This document shows positions 7,628-17,164 of a stretch of 32,536 bases of DNA, one piece after another. The DNA is taken from the IMG/VR virus record IMGVR_UViG_3300020403_000048, positions 1 through 32,536 of that record. One strand, given 5' to 3'. Source of the DNA: a virus (taxonomy: Duplodnaviria > Caudoviricetes). Each line of letters opens with the position of its first letter. Position 1 is the stretch's first letter. The notes below the pieces were generated by a model. That model saw only the letters and a program-made list of their open reading frames with translations. It had not been told where the DNA came from and searched no databases. The translations under genes were made by a program, and so were the position numbers.

Positions 7628-8245
7628 ATGAGTATACCTGATGGTGTGACACAGCAAGAAGAGAGTCGTTTACGCGATAATTTTATAAGTGCAACTGTAG
7701 ACTCTTTTCCTATTGGAATAAAGACTCCTTTAGCGTTAGGTGAAAGATCTGGTGACACTTTATTTAAAATGCATTACAAAATTGAAGACCAAATAGCTGA
7801 TAATTTAAAAAACTTAATTTTAACTAGAAAAGGTGAGAGAGTTGGTTTTTATGATTTTGGGACAAATATACATAGAGCATATTCAGCAGGACTTGATGAA
7901 AATACTTTAGTAGACTTTGTAATGGAAGAAATATCAACAGCAGTTTCAAAATACATGCCTGCAATTGATTTAAAAAACTTTTATGGAAGTGAGCTTAAAG
8001 ACGAAGAGCTTGAGCAAAGTATAAGAGATGGTGAAGCTATTTCAACTAGTAGTTTAGAAAACTTAAGAGATAAAAAAGCAGAAAACTTTTACAGTTCTTT
8101 AGAAAACACAAAAACTTTCAATGCTACAATAAAGAAAAACAACGATTTAGAAATAATATATAAAATCGTTGTGGAGTACCAGATACCTGCAGAGATATCA
8201 CCGCAATCGCAATCATTAGAATTATTTATTAGAACATCTAGGTAA
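7628..8245 (+). CDS. Baseplate wedge / sheath-initiator protein (T4 gp25 / gpW-like)
   Basis: 'QIADNLKNLILTRKGERVGFYDFGTNI' and 'EEISTAVSKYMPAI' match the gp25-family NL-x-x-T-x-x-GER-x-x-x-x-x-FG and I-x-x-A-x-x-x-(W/Y)-x-P motifs. RBS-like AGGA at ~7616. Confidence 0.85.
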   Translation: MSIPDGVTQQEESRLRDNFISATVDSFPIGIKTPLALGERSGDTLFKMHYKIEDQIADNLKNLILTRKGERVGFYDFGTNIHRAYSAGLDENTLVDFVMEEISTAVSKYMPAIDLKNFYGSELKDEELEQSIRDGEAISTSSLENLRDKKAENFYSSLENTKTFNATIKKNNDLEIIYKIVVEYQIPAEISPQSQSLELFIRTSR

Positions 8246-8249
8246 GTTT

Positions 8250-10124
8250 ATGACAACATCAAATAATATTCAAAAATATTTAGAAAACAATCAAAAAAGT
8301 CAATTTGTTAATAAAAATTACTTAGACTTTAGGCAAGATCTTTTAAACTATGCTAAAGAGTTTTACAGCGAAAATATTCTAGATTTTTCAGAAACGTCTC
8401 TAGGTGGTATGTTTTTAGATTTTGCTTCAATTGTTGGTGACTCTCTTGTTTTTTATGCAGAGCAACAGTTTAGTGAATTAGACTATACTACTGCAGTTGA
8501 TATAGACAATATTACTAAACATCTTAGAAGAGCAAATATTAAAAACAACACAGCTTATCCTTCATCGTTAACAGCAACGTTTACAATTGAAGTTGAAAAA
8601 AGTAATACTTCAACACAAAAAGATCCAAAACCTAATTTAGAGCATTTACCTGTTTTACCTAGCGGGACAAGAATTATAGCAGATAATGGAGTTGAATTTA
8701 CATTAGACGAAGATGTAGATTTTTCAGTCGATTTTACACAAAAAATAGGCTCAGTTAATGAAGATGGAAGTCCTTTTTCATTAATTATAACAAAAAAAGC
8801 AAATTGTACATCAGGCTCAGTAATTACAGAAAGTGTTAGTTTTCCTGATGATGATAAAAAAACTTATTTTTTGTCTTATGAGCTAGCAGAGCCTGATGTT
8901 ACAGACATTTTATCTGTTGTGGATGAAGATTTAAACGAATACTACGAAGTAGAATATTTGTCACAAAACACTTTGTTTAAGGCAATTAAAAATGAAATTG
9001 ATAATAATCAATACATGTACATTAGAAATGCCCCTTATCGATACGTTATTGAAAAAGAGTATAAAGCTAAAAGAACTACACTTAGATTTGGTAATGGAAG
9101 TGGAAAAGTCATTAAAAATAATGTTTTTACAAACACTAGCGACTTAATACTACCTTTGAAAAATAAAAGCATAGTCGGTAGAACAGATGTAAATCCTAAT
9201 TTAATATTAGAAAATAATAGTTTAGGTGTTTCGCCAAAAGGTAAAACTTTGCTTATTACATACAAAGCAGGTGGAGGAATTTCACATAACATTCCTAGAA
9301 AAACTCTCAATACGTTTATTGACGATCCAGTTCTTATCTTTAAAAATAGTAAAAATGTAATATCAACTCAAGTAAGAGAAGAAATACTTTTATCATTGTC
9401 AGTAACAAACGAAGAAAAAGCAGTTGGTGGTGCAGAAGCTCCGAGTATTAACGATTTAAAAACACAAATACCCGCTGCTATTCATGCGCAAGGCAGAATT
9501 ATTACATACGAAGACTTAATTGCAAGAATATTAACAATGCCAAGTAACTTTGGTAAAATTGAAAAAGCAGTTGCTTTAGACAATCCTTATTCTTCTTTAT
9601 CTAAAGATCTTTTTGTTATTTGCAAAGACAGTGAAGGATTTTATGTAAATGCATCTGATGCTATAAAGATAAATTTATCAAATTATATAAATGAATTCAG
9701 GCTTATAAGCGACAACTATAACATACTAGATGTTCCAATTTTTAATTTCGGAATAGACTTACAAGTAAAAGTTGCTAGTGGCTATAATATAGAAAGTGTT
9801 TTATTTGATATACAAAGAAATATTGCAAATGAAATGAATTTTAGCTTAATGCAAATTGGTGAACCTATAGATGTAAATAGAATTATAAAGTCTGTTAGTT
9901 CAACTGTAGGTGTCTTAACTATATTAACTGATAGCAATAGAATTGTTAAAAGTAAAACTGATAGAGATCAATTTTATGACTTTAATAATGACATTATCAG
10001 GTCTTATTCTTCAAACAGCATTGATCCTATGATCAACTTTATAAACGGCTTTGTTTATCCTTCTAGAGGAGGAATATTTGAATTAAAATATTCAGCAATT
10101 GATATTAAAATAACAGCAAACTAA
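8250..10124 (+). CDS. Baseplate wedge protein (T4 gp6 / baseplate J-like)
   Basis: N-terminal 'NKNYLDFRQDLLNYAK...DFSETSLGGMFLD...VGDSLVFY', 'LRFGNG', 'ITYKAGGG' and 'VTNEEKAVGGAEAPSINDLK...AQGRIITYEDL' are hallmark gp6 motifs. Confidence 0.88.
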   Translation: MTTSNNIQKYLENNQKSQFVNKNYLDFRQDLLNYAKEFYSENILDFSETSLGGMFLDFASIVGDSLVFYAEQQFSELDYTTAVDIDNITKHLRRANIKNNTAYPSSLTATFTIEVEKSNTSTQKDPKPNLEHLPVLPSGTRIIADNGVEFTLDEDVDFSVDFTQKIGSVNEDGSPFSLIITKKANCTSGSVITESVSFPDDDKKTYFLSYELAEPDVTDILSVVDEDLNEYYEVEYLSQNTLFKAIKNEIDNNQYMYIRNAPYRYVIEKEYKAKRTTLRFGNGSGKVIKNNVFTNTSDLILPLKNKSIVGRTDVNPNLILENNSLGVSPKGKTLLITYKAGGGISHNIPRKTLNTFIDDPVLIFKNSKNVISTQVREEILLSLSVTNEEKAVGGAEAPSINDLKTQIPAAIHAQGRIITYEDLIARILTMPSNFGKIEKAVALDNPYSSLSKDLFVICKDSEGFYVNASDAIKINLSNYINEFRLISDNYNILDVPIFNFGIDLQVKVASGYNIESVLFDIQRNIANEMNFSLMQIGEPIDVNRIIKSVSSTVGVLTILTDSNRIVKSKTDRDQFYDFNNDIIRSYSSNSIDPMINFINGFVYPSRGGIFELKYSAIDIKITAN

Positions 10125-10132
10125 GGGTTATC

Positions 10133-12226
10133 ATGATTATAACAGTTCCAGCACAAAAAGATACTTATGTGTCTAATATTAAAGGTAATTTTTACAATGC
10201 CAGTTTAGCAAATGTTGGTCATGCAGCAACTCTAGACTTGTTTAAATTACACAATGAAAATAAAAATTCTTATTCTTGGGCTCTTTTTGAATTTGAAGGA
10301 GTTTTAGAAGACTCATCAATTTTTATTTTAGAAGATACAAATAGCTCAAAAGTTTTGTTTTTTATAGACGAAAACATAACATCAAACTCAGACGGTATTA
10401 ATGGATTACAGTTTGGCACTGCACAAGACACTAAAGATATTTTAGCTGGAAACTTTGCTGTAGGGCAAGAATATAAAATAACAGCAACAGGAAATACAGT
10501 GTTTACTGATATTGGTTCTGCAAATAATGATGTTGGAACAAAATTTATTGCGACCGGTCCTGGTGCTGGTAATGGAACTGCAATTATTGAAAATGCTGTT
10601 ATTATTGGTACTAGCGGTAAAATACAATCAGACTACGCAGAGCTATTTAAAAACATAGTGTCTTCTGTTAACACATTTGAAAACAGTTTATCTTTAAATA
10701 TTAATGCATACAATAATTCAAATAATCAATTAGTTTTAAAACAGGTAAAATCTGGTGAACAAGGTGATACCTTAATAAGACTGCCGAATAACATGACATC
10801 AAAAATAACAGAAGATGTTGAAAACGTAACGTACGGCAAATTTTCAAGAATAGACTTTAGTTCAGTAATTATTAAGTTTAATTTGCAAAGTTTTAAAGAC
10901 AAATATATGGATAACGTTGTTTTTGCAGATAGCTCTTTTAATGACTTGACTGCAGAAATTGTTCTACAAGATGTTACAACAGGTCATACAAAGCCTAAAG
11001 GATATACACTAGATATTGCTAGTCTAAATAAGGTTTTTGACGAAGGTACTGGAAAAGATACAATACATTTTTCTGATGTAGGTATATTGTCTAACTTTAT
11101 TTCTTTAAGTGATACAGATTCTTGGCAAATACCTGAATTTATATCAGAAGGTGATGACGTTACGCAAATTGCAAATATATCGCAAGATATAACTAACGGA
11201 GATGAAAACTTAAGTTTTAATGTTACTGATTACATTAAGACAGCTTTGAGAGATGCAATTACTAACAATACAAATGTTAATGATGAAGGCTTTTTAATTA
11301 AATTTTCAGATTCTAGTTTGTTTGATAAAAAATCCTATTTTGTTAAAAGAGCAGGTTCAAGACACCTTATTAATAAAACATTAATACCTACTTTACAAAT
11401 AAAAATACCTGATCATGAAAAACAAATCCCTAAAAAGACTTTTGTCGTTAAAAGATATTTAAACAACCCGGAAAGCTTTTACCTCTATAATATTGTAAGT
11501 GGAAAATTAAAACAGTTTGTTTTACCTAATAATGATGTTGATAATCCGACAGAAATAAGACTCAAGATAATTTCAAAAGATAGAGTTGATACATTTGTTA
11601 ACAATATATCAACGTTAGATGTGACAAACTATAAAGGTAACATAATTGAAGGAATAAAAATTGCAAATATAACTAACACACAACTTTCTAAGTTTAGTAA
11701 TGCTGCTCTAGATTCAGGTAAAACCTTAAAAGATTATATTGTTGACAACATGCTTGAATGCTTCTTAGTCTGGTATTCAATTGAAAATCAAGAAGTAAAC
11801 GTTATCTTAGAAGAAGAAGCAGTTTTTCACTCTTCAGAACACATTAGAGACAATACATTTAAAAATCTTTTATCAAAGATTAAGGTTGAAAACTTTGATT
11901 TAGTCGCAAACGGCTGCATTACTGAGTGTAGCGTTTATTTTATAGATACTAGAGCGAGTCATGATCCTGTCAAACTACCTTTTGATTTACCCAGCGAAAA
12001 TATTGGTGACATTCAATATCAAGTCGTTAATAACGATACAGGAAAAATAATTTTAGACTTTCAAGGAAACACGTCAGCTTTTTATGATGGTGAAAAATAC
12101 GTTTTCAACTTATGCTTTCCTGAACAATATAAGAATTTTAATGTTAGATTTAATTTTAAAATTTTTGATGAAATAACACAAAACGCAGTTGTATTATATA
12201 ATAAAACTGTTTTTAGGATACAATAA
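10133..12226 (+). CDS. Virion structural protein with N-terminal DNRLRE/CBM96-like domain carrying nested insertions
   Basis: Motif series KDTYV...ANVG...LDL...SR...IIKFNL...AEIVL...FDEGTG...W...FNVTDYI...EGFLIK...GSRH...PTLQI over ~10133-11405. Baseplate-adjacent position. Confidence 0.55.
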   Translation: MIITVPAQKDTYVSNIKGNFYNASLANVGHAATLDLFKLHNENKNSYSWALFEFEGVLEDSSIFILEDTNSSKVLFFIDENITSNSDGINGLQFGTAQDTKDILAGNFAVGQEYKITATGNTVFTDIGSANNDVGTKFIATGPGAGNGTAIIENAVIIGTSGKIQSDYAELFKNIVSSVNTFENSLSLNINAYNNSNNQLVLKQVKSGEQGDTLIRLPNNMTSKITEDVENVTYGKFSRIDFSSVIIKFNLQSFKDKYMDNVVFADSSFNDLTAEIVLQDVTTGHTKPKGYTLDIASLNKVFDEGTGKDTIHFSDVGILSNFISLSDTDSWQIPEFISEGDDVTQIANISQDITNGDENLSFNVTDYIKTALRDAITNNTNVNDEGFLIKFSDSSLFDKKSYFVKRAGSRHLINKTLIPTLQIKIPDHEKQIPKKTFVVKRYLNNPESFYLYNIVSGKLKQFVLPNNDVDNPTEIRLKIISKDRVDTFVNNISTLDVTNYKGNIIEGIKIANITNTQLSKFSNAALDSGKTLKDYIVDNMLECFLVWYSIENQEVNVILEEEAVFHSSEHIRDNTFKNLLSKIKVENFDLVANGCITECSVYFIDTRASHDPVKLPFDLPSENIGDIQYQVVNNDTGKIILDFQGNTSAFYDGEKYVFNLCFPEQYKNFNVRFNFKIFDEITQNAVVLYNKTVFRIQ
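10445..10582 (+). repeat. Dispersed protein module, copy 1 (GxxYxIxxxGxTxFTxIGSxxNxVxTxFIATGxGxGxG)
   Basis: 21/38 identical residues, ungapped, with copy 2 at 21256-21393. Confidence 0.85.
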
Positions 12227-15200
12227 TGTATAATTTAGATATTGTTAAAAGTAATTTACAGCTAGTCAATAATTCGCTAGAAGAAAGTCAAACACTTTCA
12301 GACATTAGAAATAGTATACATGCAATTGATCCAAGTTTACTAGAAAAGTCTAACGCACTTAAATTACTAACTAGCAACAACTATAATTCTTTTTATGCAA
12401 CTCAACAAATTGAATCAATTGATTATAGTAAATTTAAAAATCACGTATTTTTTGATAGCGCAGTTAACAAAGTTAATTTTGTTTTAAATAAAATTTTAAA
12501 CTTTCCTTATGATAAAGACGAAATAGAGTATAATAATTTTATTAACTCCTTAGAAGGATATACAAACTATATTTATAAAAATGAGTTTCCTAAATATAAA
12601 GGCTACGTAAAGTTTTCTGGTAACGAAAAAGTTATGATTAAAAATCAAACAGGAAGCTTTCTAGAAAGAAAAGATGATGATAAAATAGGACAGCTTATGC
12701 CAGGAAATAGATTTAGTTTTAATTTCTGGCTTAACGTAGAAAGTCAAGGTTTTCAAAGTAATCAAGTTGTATTTAAGTTTTTTAATAGCGCAGCAATATC
12801 AGGTTTAATATGTTTTATAGAAGAAATTAATAGTCTACACTATTTAAATTTTACAATGATAAACAATGGTAGATTTTTAAGCAAAAAAGTTAAAATTAGT
12901 CTTGATGAATTTCAAAATATAACAATTAATGTAACCAGCATAGACAATAAAAGAAATATATCATTTTTTATTAATGGCAACAATATTAACGCAAGCTACG
13001 AGTCATCTAGTACTTTACCTAGCGAAGAATTTGATAATTCTTTAACAACAGTTAACACAAGACTGGTATTAGGCTCGAGCGAAAATCTTTCTATAAATAC
13101 TGACGCTAATTATGTTTTGACAAACTTTAAAGGAAGTATAGATGACTTTAGGTACTTTAACAAGATAAGAAGCGTAAAACAAGTTAAAAATGAAATGCAT
13201 AGTAGTATTTTTGCTCAAAACGGTTTGATTTGCTACTTAAAGTTTAACGAGCCAGGAGGTGATTATACTAATTCTTGCATATGTCTAGACTATTCAGGAA
13301 ATAAATTACATGGTGTACTATTTGATTTGCAGGATAATTTAATTTTTGATACAACATCTAATAAAATAGATACTAATACGCCTCTTAAGCTCGAAAAAGA
13401 TTTATTGTCGCCTGTTAGAAATTCTAAATTTCCAGAATTAGTAAGTTTACATAGCGAATTAATGCAAAGTGCAGAAGCTTATGATGAGACAAACTCAAAT
13501 TTAATTTTTAAACTTATGCCAAAACACTATTTTTTAGAGTCAGCAGACGCACAGCAGCTACCTGTGTTTAGCAATACAGATTATTTAAAAAGTAGTACTG
13601 ATACAATTGAAAATTATCAGCCTGCAAATAATCACTTGGTTAACATAGTTTTAATATGGGCAAAATTTTTTGATCAGCTCAAGCTTTATATAGACTCTGT
13701 TTCAAGCATAGTTGATGTCGATTATGATGCTATTAATGAAGATAAAATCCTTGGTGTAAAAATACCTTTAATTTGTAAACTTTATGGATTAAACTTTGCT
13801 GAAATTTTTGGGTCTATTACAAAAAGAAAGCTTAATGACGAAGCTCTAAATTTTGAAGATATTGTTAATGATATTTCAATAAGAAAAATACAAAATCAAA
13901 TATGGTATAAAATTCTTATAAATTCAAAAAGTATGCTTTCCTCAAAAGGTACAATAAACTCAATCGATCAAATTTTTTCTTTATTAGGGGTTGACAACTT
14001 AGAAAACTTATCTATTAGAGAACATACTTCTAATAATGATTTAACTAACTTTGACAATAAGTTTTCTAGAAGTAAAAAAGCAATTAATAAAATGTCTTTT
14101 TTTGGGACTGATTTAATTGATATTGAATCTGATTTTGGAGACCAAACTACTTCTATATTTGACAAAACTAAAGTATTTTTAGAAATACAAAATATTAAAA
14201 ATAGTAATGATATTTTAAGTCAAAATAATTTTATTGTGCAAAGTCAAAACGCTAAAGATGGTTTAGGAAATAACTTTTCTATTGAATATTTTTTTGACTA
14301 TGAAAAAAATGTTGAATCACAACAAATAAAATTTAATAATATACAAAACTTATTTAGAGTTGATATTGACAAAAGTCCAGTTATAAATTGTTACTTCTAT
14401 AAACAAAATGAAGAAAGTAATCTTTATACACTTAATATTGATATTAAACCTGTTCATAATTCATATAGATACAACAAGAGTTTGACAATAGAAAATATAG
14501 ATATTTTGTCAAGAGAAAATTATATTTGTTTAACACAAAGTTTATCTTCAAGTAATGTACTAGAATATACAGTTTATTATGCAAAAGCTAATGAAAATCA
14601 TATTGCTGATAGTTTAATGAGTGATACAGTTTCAATAAATATTACTGCTGTTGATGCTTCAAATTTGTCGTCAAACGAGTCTTTATTGTCGTTAAGAACA
14701 GGAGAATACTTTTATGACAATACTACTTCACAGTTATTTGCACTAGATAATACTAAGTTTGAAGGTAATATTTCTTGTGTAAGAACATGGTCAAAAAATT
14801 TATCAATTCCAGAAGTCAAAAATCACTCAAAAAATATTTTTAATATTAGTGAATCAGAAATTAATAAAACGTACTTAGTAAATGATTTTATTTTAAAAAG
14901 TACAAGTGACATTGAAACAATACTTGTAGGTAACAATCTTAGAAAAATAAGCATACAAAATCAATCAATATCAAGAATAGAAAATGTAAATGGATATTTT
15001 AACGAATGTTATTTTGCTACTGAAAATTTGTTGATCGAAGACTTAAAGGATAAACTATTGTATAAAGAAACATTTGTTTATAATAAAAACTTTGATTTAA
15101 GCAATAATATAATTGACAACAGAGTAAATATTATAAGTTATGAAGATACTAACAAAAAAATATTAGCAAACAATTACAATGAGTTTCCATCATTTTCAGT

Positions 15201-15675
15201 CAATAAAGATTTTGATTATGAAAAAAACAACAAACTTTCAGTTGACTTTTCAATAGCAAAAAATATAAATAATGACATTAACAGACTCTTGACAAGTTTA
15301 GATGATTTTAGTGATGTATTAAACGGAAGTGCTTTATACGAATATGATTATAATAGTTTAAAAAACCTTAAAAATATGTATTTTTCTAGGTTAAGTGACG
15401 ATACTCAAATTAACTACAGTTCTTTACTAAATGTCTTTAGATATTTAGATAGTTTAATGACTACCTTACTCTACAATATAGTTCCAAGCAAAACTAGTTT
15501 TAAAGGATTTAATTTTGTTTATGAATCACATATATTAGAAAGAAGCAAATACCAGCATAAAAACGGAGATTCAAGATTAAGCATATGTGATAAAGATACT
15601 GCCAAGTCTTTTTCAAGAGACTTTAAGTCTGTGTTTAGAGATAGTAGATATAATAATAATAGACAAATGAATTGA
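12226..15675 (+). CDS. Large baseplate wedge-like protein (gp7/P2 gpI-like core) with two LamG/concanavalin A-like domains
   Basis: LamG-like motifs 'FSFNFWLN...FFING...LVLG...FKGSIDDFRYFNKIRS...YLKFNE...DYSGNKLHG' and a second set 'FSIEYFF...FEGNISCVRTWSKNLS'. Wedge-type 'KLMPKHYF', 'FFDQLKLYID' and 'SKGTINSIDQIFSLLG'. TAATG-coupled to the upstream gene. Confidence 0.6.
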   Translation: MYNLDIVKSNLQLVNNSLEESQTLSDIRNSIHAIDPSLLEKSNALKLLTSNNYNSFYATQQIESIDYSKFKNHVFFDSAVNKVNFVLNKILNFPYDKDEIEYNNFINSLEGYTNYIYKNEFPKYKGYVKFSGNEKVMIKNQTGSFLERKDDDKIGQLMPGNRFSFNFWLNVESQGFQSNQVVFKFFNSAAISGLICFIEEINSLHYLNFTMINNGRFLSKKVKISLDEFQNITINVTSIDNKRNISFFINGNNINASYESSSTLPSEEFDNSLTTVNTRLVLGSSENLSINTDANYVLTNFKGSIDDFRYFNKIRSVKQVKNEMHSSIFAQNGLICYLKFNEPGGDYTNSCICLDYSGNKLHGVLFDLQDNLIFDTTSNKIDTNTPLKLEKDLLSPVRNSKFPELVSLHSELMQSAEAYDETNSNLIFKLMPKHYFLESADAQQLPVFSNTDYLKSSTDTIENYQPANNHLVNIVLIWAKFFDQLKLYIDSVSSIVDVDYDAINEDKILGVKIPLICKLYGLNFAEIFGSITKRKLNDEALNFEDIVNDISIRKIQNQIWYKILINSKSMLSSKGTINSIDQIFSLLGVDNLENLSIREHTSNNDLTNFDNKFSRSKKAINKMSFFGTDLIDIESDFGDQTTSIFDKTKVFLEIQNIKNSNDILSQNNFIVQSQNAKDGLGNNFSIEYFFDYEKNVESQQIKFNNIQNLFRVDIDKSPVINCYFYKQNEESNLYTLNIDIKPVHNSYRYNKSLTIENIDILSRENYICLTQSLSSSNVLEYTVYYAKANENHIADSLMSDTVSINITAVDASNLSSNESLLSLRTGEYFYDNTTSQLFALDNTKFEGNISCVRTWSKNLSIPEVKNHSKNIFNISESEINKTYLVNDFILKSTSDIETILVGNNLRKISIQNQSISRIENVNGYFNECYFATENLLIEDLKDKLLYKETFVYNKNFDLSNNIIDNRVNIISYEDTNKKILANNYNEFPSFSVNKDFDYEKNNKLSVDFSIAKNINNDINRLLTSLDDFSDVLNGSALYEYDYNSLKNLKNMYFSRLSDDTQINYSSLLNVFRYLDSLMTTLLYNIVPSKTSFKGFNFVYESHILERSKYQHKNGDSRLSICDKDTAKSFSRDFKSVFRDSRYNNNRQMN

Positions 15676-15682
15676 GGTAGTA

Positions 15683-17164
15683 ATGATATTAAAAGCAAAT
15701 AAAAAAATATGCTTTTTTGACAATAAAAAAATAGTATATCAGCAAACAAACAAAGACGAGTCAACTTATCATGAAAAGCAAATATTGTCTTTAAAAGAAA
15801 ATATTTTTATAGATGGACATATTGATTGTACAATATATCCTGGTATTAACTCTAAAAGAGGAAATAACGACTTATTAAATAGTAGTTTTTACGATTATAA
15901 AACATATATTCCTAACCTGTATTCAAAGTCAACTGTGTATTTAAATTTTGCTGACAATGTTACTTTTTCAGATAACGATGTTATACAGATAACAGATTTT
16001 ATGAAAAACAAAGTTACTATTATATTCAAAACTGCTATCTCTACAAATGATGGTACTACTGACCAATATGGCAGAATTATTTTAGGAATACAGAATAAAA
16101 GTTATACAACTTATGCTAGAGAAATAAAAAAAGCTATACTTAAAAATAAAATTTTAAATCCAAATAAAAAGTTTTTTGTAAGTGTTTCTAGTACAGCAGA
16201 AAATTATCTTTATTTAACACAAAGTAATGTTGCAGTATTTCAAAGAGATAGCAATAAAGTAGGTGGCATAAGAGTTAGTGCGCCTAGTAATGTTAGTATT
16301 TACATAGAACCTGAACGTGAAAATAGCTACAAAATAGTTAGACACGAATTAGACTTTAAGCCTTTTGAAGAAAATAAGTCTATTACAAAAATATTTTCAA
16401 ATAATCCAAGAATTTACAACAAAACTTTAGGTATAGATAATTTAGACTATGAAGAAGACATATTTTTTGATGATGCATTGACGAAATATTCAGCAGACTT
16501 TTATTTTAAAAAACCTTCAGAAGTTGACTACCCATTTACATTTAATGAAAAAGAAATCAATTCTTTAAGCACTACAATAAATCCTTTTGATACAATTACA
16601 ATCCTAGAAGGAAAAATAACAACTGAACAATCTTTACTTGGAATAAAAGGACATTTAATTTATAACAGTATAGATGCAAGAAATAGATGCAATAAAATTA
16701 AAAGTCATCAAGAATTTATACCTGATCGTAGTTATAACTTTACTAAAAATGTTAAGATAGATAAAAACTTATTAAACAACAAAGAAGTTATTGAAGAAAA
16801 TTATTGTCTTGAAGCATTTAATGATGAAGAATACGTAGAACTAGGTTCAAGCGTTGTAAGAAAAACTCCGATAACAGTTGACTACAAATTTGAAAATCAA
16901 AGTGTTAACAATATTAACAAAATTGTACTAAATACAAGTCAGAGTAGCATAAAGACTATTTTATCAAATAATATACTTTATTATAATGAAGATAAAATGA
17001 GTTCTATACCGTTTTTTGAAACTGACTTTGAAAATTTAAATATTTTTAAAGATGATACAACCTATAGTAAGAAAAATTATATTTATAACAATTTTGGTGC
17101 GCAAAGAGATGAATACTCTAGCAAAACGCCAAATTCAATTATATATTTGGGAGTAACCGAGTAA
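15683..17164 (+). CDS. Hypothetical protein, probably virion structural
   Basis: 493-aa ORF with GAGGT RBS at 15674-15678. Shares a domain pattern with the 10133 and 17164 ORFs. Confidence 0.7.
   Translation: MILKANKKICFFDNKKIVYQQTNKDESTYHEKQILSLKENIFIDGHIDCTIYPGINSKRGNNDLLNSSFYDYKTYIPNLYSKSTVYLNFADNVTFSDNDVIQITDFMKNKVTIIFKTAISTNDGTTDQYGRIILGIQNKSYTTYAREIKKAILKNKILNPNKKFFVSVSSTAENYLYLTQSNVAVFQRDSNKVGGIRVSAPSNVSIYIEPERENSYKIVRHELDFKPFEENKSITKIFSNNPRIYNKTLGIDNLDYEEDIFFDDALTKYSADFYFKKPSEVDYPFTFNEKEINSLSTTINPFDTITILEGKITTEQSLLGIKGHLIYNSIDARNRCNKIKSHQEFIPDRSYNFTKNVKIDKNLLNNKEVIEENYCLEAFNDEEYVELGSSVVRKTPITVDYKFENQSVNNINKIVLNTSQSSIKTILSNNILYYNEDKMSSIPFFETDFENLNIFKDDTTYSKKNYIYNNFGAQRDEYSSKTPNSIIYLGVTE

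Noticed and set aside
5801-15675. Bacterial T6SS/eCIS/tailocin rather than phage
   Set aside because: No TssJLM/ClpV or eCIS ATPase was recognised, and the T4-like gp6 plus neighbouring sigma-like, nuclease and GT genes fit a large phage better. It cannot be fully excluded without the rest of the contig.
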